Positions 27,201 to 39,074 of a DNA stretch of 64,000 nt are shown here, in pieces; the first letter of the stretch is position 1, and each line of letters begins with the position of its first letter. The DNA is from Eledone cirrhosa (lineage: Eukaryota). The translations under genes were made by a program, and so were the position numbers. The notes beneath the pieces are model-generated. The model was not told where the DNA came from. It saw nothing but the letters and a program-made list of their open reading frames with translations, and made no database searches. Where the stretch lies: NCBI GenBank assembly GCA_964016885.1, contig OZ024757.1, positions 3,410,001 to 3,474,000 on the forward strand, given 5' to 3'.

Positions 27201-28393
27201 CATGTAAACATAGATTGCGTAGGACTTACCTCGCCCTCAAACCCCATAATGATCGGGGGGGGGGGTAGACTAGGGCTATAACACCCCACTTGCCGATTTT
27301 GCAATGGGTAACCCCTTACTTGCCAAGGGAGACGTAAGATCTTCTTTTTATTCTTTTATCGCTTCCTTTTTTTCCTTCTTTATCCCATCCCTCCTTAGTC
27401 CTTCTACCCCAGTTCTTCTTCTTTGTCGGCGTCTTTTTCTCGCCCACCCGAGGCTGCCCTTTGGCCCCTTGTAGCCTCAGTACCCCCACCCCCTCCCCTA
27501 GTCTATGATAGATTTGGCGGACTCCGCTTTTTATAGCAGTTGTGTTAGACCTCGGATACTTGCCCCCTTTTCCGACCGCTCCCCCCTTTTTCCCGTGCCT
27601 TCTATATTTCTTAGTGGCACTTATGCCTTAATTTCTCGTTTCAGTATTTCTTTCTTCTCTTTTCTTTTGGGCGGGGTGGATTCTGAATTTATTTTTCCGT
27701 GTTCTACCTTTACTTCGTACGAACTTTCATGTAGCTGGTATAAGAATTTGTAGCGTGGCGGTACCTTTAGAGTTAGCATTAGTATATTTTTTTCGGGACT
27801 CAGAATTATTATCTCGTACTAGTTTACTTTTCTGCACTGGGTGGTTGATGGCCTTGTGCCCGGGGTAGAAACCTTTATTATTTATTTCGTGGTAGCTTCT
27901 TTAGTATTTTGGCCCCATTTGTTGACCCGTCACCGTATGATTTACGTACTTATACCTCTTAAAAGGGTCCTTTCCTATTCCGTCCCACCTAGTTTATTTA
28001 ATTATTTCGTTATTTCTTTATTTCTTTCTTTCTTTCTTTATTTATTTATCTAGCCTAACAATAGCTAGAGACTTAGGTCGTAGAACTTGCTTATATATTC
28101 TTTTTTCTTTACACTTATTCGCTTTTCATCACTCTCAGTATTTTTTCTTTCATATATATATTTTTACCCCTCATTGTTCTACCTACCGCTTCGACTTCCT
28201 CCCCCTCCCCCTCCCCAGTATCTTCTTTGACCTCATGCCCAGCTGTAGCCGGCACTACCAACGCATGATTGGGTCTACTCTACCCCCTCCCCTTTTTCTC
28301 CTACTGGCAGGTTTAGCCACCATCTCCCCTACTAATTTGCCATCCCAGAATTACTACTAACTTTTGACAATCACTTTGACCATATATAGAATT

Positions 28394-28487
28394 ACCCCTT
28401 GAGAAGCTCGGCTATTTAAATACCAGGATAAATTTTCATTTAGTCCAGAATTAGCCGTCGAAACGGCTTGAGCTCAGCCGTCGGGGT
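28394..28487 (+). ncRNA. Variant type I hammerhead ribozyme with a U3-A8 core (UUGAGAA)
   Basis: ACCCC-UUGAGAA-[G CU CGGCUA...UAGCCG U C]-GAAA-CGGCU UGAGCUC AGCCG-UC-GGGGU. Predicted cleavage after C28482. Confidence 0.72.
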
Positions 28488-29454
28488 CTTACTGGTTCCT
28501 ATTACCCACTCTACTACCCTAAGTATTGAGTACTTTGGTGCGTTATGGTCCACCTGGTTCCTTACCACATTTCCTTCGTTTTATATATATATATATATCT
28601 CAAGATTAAACCATTATTAAACAAAGTACTCGATACTTGGGATAGTAGAGTGTGACTATATTAGAAGGCGTAGGGGACCGACGGCTGAGCTCTTGCCGTT
28701 TCAACAGATAGTTCACCACCCCTATTTCTCTGTTTATCTCTCTCCCCCTCACTCCTAACTACACGCTCACCCCCTCACTGCACCGTCACTCCCTCTCACC
28801 TCTCCTCACCTCAACCCACCCCACTCCTCCCTGTATGTGAATGTATGTGTGTTTGTGTGGATATACTTGTGTATGTGTGTGTGTGTGAGTATGTGTGTGT
28901 TTGTGGGAATATACATGTGTGTGTGTATGTGTGTTTGTGTGTATATACCTATACTTGTATATATGTGTGAGTATATGTGTTTGTGTGAATTTACTTGCGT
29001 GTGTGTGTATGTGTGAATATATGTGTGTTTGTGTGGATATACTTGTGTGTGTGTGTTTGTGTGTTTATATTTACACACTCATACATATAAATATATATAC
29101 ACACCAACACATTACCTTGGTTATCTATGTTAGTTGTGGATTGTTTATCCATAAAAAATTTGTAATAAAAGAATTATTAAACTAAAATCTTGGTTTTGTA
29201 GTATTTTACAAAATACTACAATTAGACGCCATATTGGACGGTACGGGCCCAGCTAGTATGAGTAAATAGAAAACTGTATATATTTAATAACTGTTTCTAC
29301 TATTGGCACAAGGCCAGAAATCACCCAGTACATTACTGGTACTGGTATATATTTAATAACAACTAAACAAACTAAAGTATTCTATGAAATATAGAAATGA
29401 TTGTATGGCAGATGGGGTGGTTATTAATCGGTTAAAGGGGAGGATTTCACTTAC

Positions 29455-29581
29455 CTGTGAGGTTAGCGTTAGGCCACCAGCCCTTACTACAGGCCTTACA
29501 GCGTGATTCGTCTAGCAGAATCTCATTCGGTTCACACTGAGTACAGGTCCAACAACAGGCTGTCCGACCCATGTGAGTTTT
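29455..29581 (-). CDS. GRM5-like: mGluR exon: nine-cysteine (CRD) domain; absent from the ORF track
   Basis: Manual translation KTHMGRTACCWTCTQCEPNEILLDESRCKACSKGWWPNANLT. Acceptor tgtttgcag, donor CAG|gtaagt. 127 nt, phase 0 to phase 1. Confidence 0.94.
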
Positions 29582-29819
29582 CTGCAAACAGACAAGAATG
29601 GTACATTAAAAAATAGAAGTATATTTACTTATATATTTGTTTTGCGAGGTTTTTGATATGAAATCGTGTCGAAACAAATATTGTTATACTTGGAGAGGGT
29701 GAGATTGTAATAATATTGCCAGAATTAATAACAGAACACACTGTTTACAACAATATGACCCTCCCCTAGTACAACAATACTTATATATTAATTATTCTGT
29801 ATATCTGAACAAAACGATA

Positions 29820-30245
29820 GTGGTTGCTACAGTGGCGTCTGTGCTGCAGTACGGGTCTGAGACTTGGATACTGACCAAGAGACTCACTCAGATGGTGGAT
29901 GGGTGCTACATGAGAATGCTGAGGATGGCTCTGAACATTAATCAGTATACACTGGGGATAAAGAACTCAGACCTGTACAGGAGTCTCCCAAAATTCAGTT
30001 CGAAAGTAACACAGAGGAGACTGAGGTTAGCTGGACATGTTCACCGACATCCATTTGACACTGCACTCAGTGGTCCTGTGGGAGCCCCTACATGGACACA
30101 CTAGAAGTGGGAGGCCGAGGTTGACATATATTGATGCCCTAAGGACAGACACTGGTCTCTCGGAGACGCAGGACGTGGCAGCGATGAAGGACAGAGACGC
30201 TGGAGAGAACTCGTCCATGGATTTCAGGAATTTTACCCGCCCTAT
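29820..30245 (+). mobile_element. RTE-like LINE 3' fragment, same family as 18813-19150
   Basis: SVLQYGSETWILT...[12 protein letters not shown], frameshift, then [11 protein letters not shown]. Nucleotide sequence closely matches the 18.8-kb copy. Confidence 0.78.
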
Positions 30246-30292
30246 ACATACATATATATATACACATATATATATATATATATATTATTTTA

Positions 30293-30367
<75 letters not shown>

Positions 30368-30371
30368 TATA

Positions 30372-30447
<76 letters not shown>

Positions 30448-31125
30448 AATACATATTTTAAATAATACAGCCAATTTTCCACGCAATACTTTTAGTTAGC
30501 ACCCCGAACACATAATTGGGAATATAATCACTTATTTCCTAATGTTTGTTGAGTGAGTTGGAATTTGGCCGGAGTATCGCTAAAAAGCTTTCTCCGTTAT
30601 TGTATTTATATATATATATATATATTTATTAAAATAATATTTGCTCTACGGTTCTACGGTTATTTTATATATATTTATCCTTATCGAGCCCTCTTTGGAT
30701 TTTAGTCTTCAAATTTATTATTATTACTATATATATATTATTACTATATATATATTATTATTATTATTACTATATATATATAGAATCAGAAGCTCTAGAT
30801 ATCCAATGTTATCGGATGTCTTAAAATGCGGATGAAACCATGGTAGAGGTAATTAAATATGTACACTTTTCTTCTAGTTTATTTTACACCTAATTCTGTT
30901 TAGTTGACTGTATATCTGGTCGATTCATATATGTTGTAGAAATATTCGATAAATGATCGGTCGTAACCGCCGCGAAGGGGCTGCTTTCGGTTATTTGTCG
31001 GAGATTTCTTCATAGGAGCCTTTATTCTTATAGCTTGGTCTAATTGATTTTTTATATGGCTAATTATGCTAATTGGGAAAGGAAACGGTATATATTTTAT
31101 CTGGTGATTCTATAGACATGTTTTA

Positions 31126-31206
<81 letters not shown>

Positions 31207-31409
31207 TATTATATATATACACACATGTATATATATATATATATATGTTCGTTTTTGTACACCGTTTAAACTTGTATAATTAATGCCTTGAACTAACGTT
31301 CATAGAGCTCTTTTATTGAGAAACATAATCGATATATATTTTATATGTATCGATTAAACCTAAATTTAGTCTATATAATCTCGGTATTGAGTACACTTTC
31401 CCCTCGACC

Positions 31410-31998
31410 GTCAGCTTTGTGGTTAGGGAATCCGGCTGACCATCGTATGGTCGTGAGTTCGAATGCCAGCGGGGCCGTTGGTCCTTGAGCAAGACACTTT
31501 ATTTCACATTGCTCCATTCCACTGTGTCCTTAAGCAAGACACTTTATTTCACATTGCTCCAGTCCACTGTGTCCTTGAGCAAGACACTTTATTTCACATT
31601 GCTCCATTCCACTGTGTCCTTAAGCAAGACACTTTATTTCACATTGCTCCAGTCCACTGTGTCCTTGAGCAAGACACTTTATTTCACATTGCTCCAGTCC
31701 ACTGTGTCCTTGAGCAAGACACTTTATTTCACATTGCTCCAGTCCACTGTGTCCTTGCGCAAGACACTTTATTTCACATTGCTCCATTCCACTCAGCTGA
31801 CAAAAATGAGTTGTAACTGTAATTGGAAGGGGTCAGCCTTGTCACATTATGTTTCATGCTGAATCTCCCTGAGAACTACACAAAGAATACGTGTGTCTGT
31901 ATAATGCTCAGCCACTTCCGCGTTAGTTTCACCAGCAGGCTGTTCCGTTGATCGTACCAAATGGAACACTCATCGTCGTAACGGACGGAGTACCAGTT
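31410..31998 (+). mobile_element. tRNA-derived CORE-like SINE with an internal 45-nt segment amplified 7 times (31481-31793)
   Basis: Head gtggttaggg...GAGTTCGAATGCC, unit GTCCTTGAGCAAGACACTTTATTTCACATTGCTCCAGTCCACTGT, tail gcaggctgttccgttgatc...acggagtacca. Confidence 0.8.
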
Positions 31999-32185
31999 AT
32001 ATATATATATATAAGTATGTATACGTACATACATATATGTGTACAGACGTACAGTAGTATGTATATATATACATACATGCACACATATATATATATGTAC
32101 GTATCGGTTTACCGGACATTTATTATAATGTTCGGTTTGTTTGTAAACAAACTTTCAAACGTTCAATCATCTGACAGAAAGGTAT

Positions 32186-32228
32186 ACGATGCTGACGATA
32201 GCTAATAAGCTTGAAACTAGTACATCGT
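32186..32228 (+). ncRNA. Minimal 43-nt type I hammerhead ribozyme
   Basis: ACGAUG-CUGACGA-[U AGC UAAUAA GCU U]-GAAA-CUAG-UA-CAUCGU. Confidence 0.85.
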
Positions 32229-32492
32229 TCCTGTGTCAGTGTCGAAAAAAAAGGACGACGATGGTTGCCGAGCACTGTACGGCGTAATTCGGGCTGTTTG
32301 TTTACAAACAAACCGAACATTATAATAAATGTTCGGCAAACCCATACGTACATATATATATATATGTGTGCATGTATGTATATATATACATACTACTGTA
32401 CGTCTGTACACATATATGTATGTACGTATACATACTTATATTTAGGTATCAGCCGTACTAAGAGTGAGAAATGAAATTTCGTTTCATTCTTT

Positions 32493-32583
<91 letters not shown>

Positions 32584-32711
32584 GTGAGTTTTGCGTCTGT
32601 GTGAGTTTGTTTTTTCCCGTTCTTTGCCAGTGAACGTTTCCACGAACCAAAGTATCGTCTTCCTGTCTTCCTCCGGTTGCAACGTTTTTTAAAATATTCA
32701 CTTCTGCGTTC

Positions 32712-32787
32712 ACAGATTGACTTTGTTAGTTTCAGAAGATCCCGTTAAGGGTGAAAGCAGCGATTCTTTGCTTAAACTTTAATCTGT
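32712..32787 (+). ncRNA. Variant type I hammerhead-like fold with a CAGAAGA core (U4A)
   Basis: ACAGAUUGA...AGUUU-CAGAAGA-[U CCC GUUAA GGG U]-GAAA-GCAG CGAUUCU UUGC-UU-AAACU UUAAUCUGU. Identical core and stems II/III at 170-227. Confidence 0.6.
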
Positions 32788-32872
32788 TATTTTAATAAAT
32801 ATTTGCTCTACGGTTCTTATATATTTGATATATATTTATCCTTATCGAGCCTCTTTGGATTTTAGTTTTCAA

Positions 32873-32905
<33 letters not shown>

Positions 32906-32909
32906 GCTT

Positions 32910-33215
32910 TGGGCGGTGGATTGGCAGTATCGGTAGAGGGTCGGACGCCATGCTTTCCAGCATAGTTATGTTCCTTTACGATCTGAGTTCAAATCCCGCC
33001 GAGCTTGACTTTGCCTTTCATCCTTACGGGGTCGATAAAATAAAGTACCAGTAATGCACTGGGTAATTGCTGGCCTTGTGCCTAAAGTAGAAACAATTAT
33101 TATTATTATGCTTTGACGCATAGAGTTACGGCCCTTGCCATTCTGAGTTCAAATCCCGCCGAGGTTAACTTTGCCTTTCATCCTTACGAGGTCGATAAAA
33201 TAAACTACCAGTAAT
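32910..33215 (+). mobile_element. tRNA-derived SINE (Nin-domain type): one full copy followed by a partial copy
   Basis: A box TGGCAGTATCGG, B box GAGTTCAAATCC, central GCCTTTCATCCTTACGGGGTCGATAAA, tail GGCCTTGTGCCTAAAGTAGAAAC(ATT)n. Confidence 0.85.
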
Positions 33216-33474
33216 TCCCTGGCAATTAACGGATAATAGCGAACATAATACATCGTCAATGTTTGTCATAATGTCGAAATGCAGACAGCCAGGCATACAG
33301 ACAGATATTATAAGAGCGCGACGGAGATAGATAACCGGCGCCTAACACCCCTTTAACAACATAAAATTAGACCGCAAGGAATATATAAATGCAAGTTTGA
33401 AGTCAATCGGAGTAGAAATATGGATTTGTATAGACCTTGCAAAAATCAGGACACACACACAGACAACATCAGTT

Positions 33475-33590
<116 letters not shown>

Positions 33591-33841
33591 GAAGAGTCAA
33601 GGCCCGACGGCTGAGCTCTTGCCGTTTCAAAGGCACACACTTTCACACACAACACATACACACACACACACACACACTCTCTTTCACACACACTCTCACT
33701 CACACACATTCTCACACACACGCACACTCTTTCTCTCCCTCACACACTCATACTCTCTCTCTCCCTCACACACACACACACTCTTTCCCTCACAGACACA
33801 GACGATTAAACCGTGAACATTTCTCTTGGTTTTCCTCTAAC

Positions 33842-34040
33842 CTTGATAAAACCTTTCTGACAGGGTTGACTGCACACTGATTCGACAATTTTGGTTGTCC
33901 CTCGTCCAATGGAAGGCCAGAATATATTACTATCGTTCATTTCAAGACGGCCATTGTTCCAAGACCCAACCTTCACGTAGGCATATGTAGCGTTCTCTTC
34001 ACCATCACCCTCAAACTGCTGGAAATTCATGATATCGTAT
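33842..34040 (-). CDS. GRM5-like: mGluR exon: end of Venus flytrap domain and start of cysteine-rich domain
   Basis: RYDIMNFQQF...YVKVGSWNNGRL...IFWP...ESVCSQPCQKGFIK. Acceptor ttgcag, donor AAG|gttaga. 199 nt, phase 2 to phase 0. Confidence 0.94.
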
Positions 34041-34593
34041 CTGCAATGGGAATGAAGATATATATATATATAATTGGTGTGGGATGCTCAAAGTGTCCGT
34101 ATGCGGTAGGCCGTTTGAGCACTCAAGCTCTTACAGAGCAGAGTATAATATATCACATAAGAAACGGAGAATCAGTGGTGAGAGGAATAACATTTATTAG
34201 ACATATTACAATCGTTTCTCTGGCAACCAGCTCGAGGCACGATCGATCCAATGACCGAACCTGACTCTGAAATTGCAAGATCCTCAGATACGTCTCGATT
34301 CTTCGAAGCAGAGTTTCCAAATGTCCAGCTATTGGACATTTCGAAGCTACTGGACATATCAAAGTATATATTAAGTTACAAACTCAGAAGAGTCCCTTAC
34401 AATTAAAATAGCTCTAGGAAAAACTTTTCCGAGCCTTATAATATAATTTAATATAATAAAAAAAAAAAGAGATAAACACAGCTATATATAAGGGACCTAA
34501 ATTGCTAGGGTGAATAAGATACTAACTAAAAACAAGTTTGTATCTTATTCAGCATAGCGAGATATGTATATATCTGTGTTGATCTCTCCCTTA

Positions 34594-34748
34594 TTGGCAG
34601 TATCGTTAGAGGGTCGGACGCCATGCCCTGCAGCAAAGAGTTACGGCCGAGATTATCTTTGCCTTTCATCCTTACGGGGTCATTAAAATAAAGTACCAGT
34701 AATGCACTGGGGTAATTGCTGGCCTTGTGCCAAAAGTAGAAATAATTA
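34594..34748 (+). mobile_element. Internally deleted Nin-type SINE copy
   Basis: A box, central domain and tail present; the B-box segment is missing. Confidence 0.75.
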
Positions 34749-35433
34749 AATTATGTATATATATATATATATATAAACGGAAAAAATGAAACGATATTTC
34801 ATTTCCCACTCTTAGTACGGCTGTTACTTAAATATAAGTATGTACACGTACATACATATATGTATACCGACGTACAGTAGTATGTATATATATATATACA
34901 TACATGCACACATATATATATGCACGTGTACATACTTATATATATATATCATAAATCATGTCCTTAGAATTATTAGATAAAATATATACCATTTTCTCTC
35001 CCATTAGCATAATTAACCATATAAAAAAAACAATTAGACCAGGCTATAAGAATAAAGGCTTCTATGAAGAAATTTTCGACAAATAACCGAAAGCGGCCTC
35101 TTCGCGGTGTATGGTTGACGGTATATTAAGTCAGTTTCTACATGCTGTTGAAATGTTGGATAAATACCTTATTGGGGTCACCGCGAAGAGGCCGCTTTCG
35201 GTTATTTGTCGAAATTTTTTTCATAGGAGCCTTTATTCTTATAGCCTGGTCTAATTGGTTTTTTATATGGTTAATTATGCTAATTGGGAGAGGAAATGGT
35301 ATATATTTTATCTAATAATTCTAAGGACATGATTTATGATATATTGTTCTGATTATTTGATTTATTAATTCTTCATTGAGCCACAACGTGACCGTTGCCA
35401 CATATATATCTATGACTTTATGTATATGTAAAT

Positions 35434-35547
<114 letters not shown>

Positions 35548-35730
35548 TTATTATATATATTTATTATTATTACTATATATATAGAGAGAGAGTGAGCAAT
35601 GTACCAATTACGTGTATATATCTTTATATATATTATATGTGTATGTATATATATATAAGTATAAAGAAAGTTCTGAAGCGCAGAAATGCTATAAAAAGAT
35701 GGCGAACCTACAGTAACTGGACGTTACAAT

Positions 35731-35830
<100 letters not shown>

Positions 35831-35854
35831 ATGTGTATGTGTATGTGTGTGTTT

Positions 35855-36105
35855 GGCTAAACGTCTAAAGAGTTTATCCCGGTTTCATGGTGTGAAGTGG
35901 CTGAGAGTACAAGATTTCCCCTCGACATGATGCCAGTCCATCGCAGAGTTAAAACTCCAGCTATTACTGGTACTCATTTTCAGCTGAGTATACTGGAGCA
36001 ACGTGAAATGAAGTGTTTTGCTCAAGAACACAACACGCAACCCAGGAATCGAACCTACGACATTATGATCGTAAGTCAAACACCCTTACCACTAAGCCAC
36101 ATGCC
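35855..36105 (-). mobile_element. SINE, same family as 7885-8170
   Basis: Reverse complement gives GGCATGTGGCTTAGTGGTAAGGG (A box), GGTTCGATTCC (B box) and TTGAGCAAAACACTTC. Confidence 0.78.
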
Positions 36106-36147
36106 GCTCTCTCTCTCTCTGTATATCTATCTATCTATCTATATCTA

Positions 36148-36225
<78 letters not shown>

Positions 36226-37311
36226 GTATTAAGGATACTATTTATGGTTATGTATACAGTAAAACCTTTTATAGTTATATATATTTTAAACCCTAAACAG
36301 TGAAAGACAATAATTTATTACTACCGTATTACCAGTAAGATAAATAGCTCAATGTAACAACATCAGTTGTTCTACAGAGCAGTTACATAGAAATTACATG
36401 AATCAAAGTTCTGCTCAAATCATTTATTCGCTTACAATTGTTTCTTCCAAACCGAGGTTTGAAGTCTTCGGAGCAATTTTTCAATGATTGTTTACATACT
36501 TGACCTCCTTTTCAACACAAGAGACATACAGAAACTTATGTATATATTGGTGCACAGGGGGTTGACATCCATTATAATATTTAAGCATGTCAGTTTACAT
36601 TTAAAGATTAAAGTCATATTAAAAGAAAATTACAACAAAATTAAAGTTATAATACAACATTGGCAGTTTACGAAGGTGATGTAGGAGGATAGTTAGAAGT
36701 AGTGGGGCATGCACGTGTGTCCTATTTATTTAAGATTATAGTGCGGTAAGATGTTATATGGAATATAAGCACTTTAAGCGGGCAATCAAGAGTATTATGG
36801 GGGTTGTATAGTATTTTATATGTATGATATAGAAGCTTGTGTGCAGAGAAATATTTAAAGTATTAAGAATGAGAAGCAAAACAGTGTTATGGTTTTTCGT
36901 ATACACCACCATTTTCACAATCCAGGAAACGTAATATATAGATTATATGTCCTTCACATAATCTACCATGATTCAATATTGGATGCTTGATGAATTAGGT
37001 TGGAATATTACATCTTGATGTTCTTTAATCCAATATTATATAGCAGGTTGTTTTTGTTGCGAGGCTTAACATCGTATTATTTTCCGGGAGTGTGTGTGTG
37101 GTTAAGGGGAGTTAATGCGTGAGGGGAGGTAACTAGCTGATTTCTATAACTAAAATATATTATCCTAATGTACATTAAATGGTGTCACGCATGAGTCTCT
37201 ATCATATAGGTTATATACAGTTTCTAAGAATAAATATCCTATCTATAAATTACAGTCTAGTTAATATGCATAAGGTAAGTATATACGTTCAACAATCTGG
37301 CAGGAAGGTAT

Positions 37312-37354
37312 ACGTTGCTGACGATAGCTAATAAGCTTGAAACTAGTACAGCGT
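37312..37354 (+). ncRNA. Minimal type I hammerhead ribozyme, family of 32186
   Basis: ACGUUG-CUGACGA-UAGCUAAUAAGCUU-GAAA-CUAG-UA-CAGCGU; one stem I pair changed from A-U to U-G. Confidence 0.8.
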
Positions 37355-37566
37355 TCTTTTGTCAGTGTTGAACAAACGAGCAACGATGGTTGCTAGACAG
37401 TACGGCTTAATACGGGATGTTTGTTTACAAACATATCGAGCATTATAATAAATGTTCGGTGAATCCATACGTACATATATATATGTGTGTATGTATGTAT
37501 ATATATATACATACTACTGTACGTCTGTATACATATATGTATGTACGTGTACATATATATATTATG

Positions 37567-37620
<54 letters not shown>

Positions 37621-37999
37621 ATGTGTGTAGGTATATATGTATTTATATATTTACGTATGTATGTACGTATGCAGTCTGACGACTCTGTGATTACACAGGG
37701 GAAACACGTGTTACATATACAGGAATCAGAAACCCTCAGAAGAGACAATCACACAATTCCCTCTGATCAGCTGTCTTCTGGGGATCATTATAGTTTCGGA
37801 TGCTTCCAAATCATAACTATTGACCACCAATATATCAATAGCATCCACATATAGTTATAATCATCCCTAGAAGACAACCGATGAGCGAGAGTTGTTTAGG
37901 GGCTTGTCTCTGCAGAGGCTTCTCATTCTGTGTCTCACGTGTTTCATTAATGGCATTATTATTATAACTCACAACAACCTAATTTTGAAATCAAAACTA

Positions 38000-38081
<82 letters not shown>

Positions 38082-38090
38082 AATATATAC

Positions 38091-38166
<76 letters not shown>

Positions 38167-38289
38167 TTGATTTCAAAATTAGGTTGTTGTGAGTTATAAT
38201 AATAATGCCATTAATGAAACACATTAATGAAAGGAGATTAACAGGAAAGTACCTTACTCACAGTGGTTTCCCTCATTGAACCCGACACA

Positions 38290-38330
<41 letters not shown>

Positions 38331-38337
38331 ACACACA

Positions 38338-38376
<39 letters not shown>

Positions 38377-38844
38377 CTTATTTATCTGTGTGTGAGTCCG
38401 GATTCGATGCGGGGGGGGGGGGCAGTAACAGTTAATAAAGAACTCAATACATTAGTAGAGTGTAAACATCAAATTTAATATAGAAATGGCTTCTACAGGA
38501 CTAGAACTATTTCATTCAAAAGAAACCATCCAGTTGATTTCTTCTGAATGAAACAATTCTCGTCCTGTAGCAGTCATTTCTATATTAAACTTGATATATA
38601 TATTTACACAAGTATATATAACCGATACCAAGTTTTGCTCTAACTTATACTATGTTATACTAACATTTGACCGAACTAGGGTATTTTTTCTAGCAGCCCG
38701 CTACCTTCCCTTGCCCCCCCCCCCCCCCCCGCACCACCTCCGTTAACCGCCAATCACGTGATATTTCTTCTATTTGAAATTCTCACTCGTAGCGGGAATA
38801 AGGAAGAATTTTTCAGTCTTGAATTGTCTTTCTTGACTGAGAAA

Positions 38845-38917
38845 GTCTCCTGATGATTTGGCATGTATTACCATACTCGGAGTATCGTCATTTTCTCAAT
38901 GAAACTGCAGTAGGTAT
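38845..38917 (+). ncRNA. Hammerhead-like motif with a weak stem I
   Basis: CUGAUGA-[U UUG...CAA U]-GAAA-CUGCAG (palindrome)-UA-GG. Confidence 0.5.
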
Positions 38918-38975
38918 AGTAAAGGTTTTTTTTCTTATCTTGTTTGCTTTTCTCAGATATGATTACACACACACA

Positions 38976-39073
<98 letters not shown>

Positions 39074-39074
39074 C

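Larger units (their letters stand above)
24172..28580. mobile_element. Penelope-like retroelement inserted as an inverted pair (~1.86-kb arms, ~0.6-kb spacer)
   Basis: Minus-strand RT (SMGATDSAEV, GGGLYRDDGLL; frameshift near 26390) and GIY-YIG (IYQC...AYIGLT) at 25386-26640. 24172-~26033 is a near-perfect reverse complement of ~26640-28503, mirrored in the ORF track. Confidence 0.93.

Noticed and set aside
32910-33000. tRNA gene
   Set aside because: A and B boxes are present but there is no cloverleaf, and it continues into a SINE body found in many copies.
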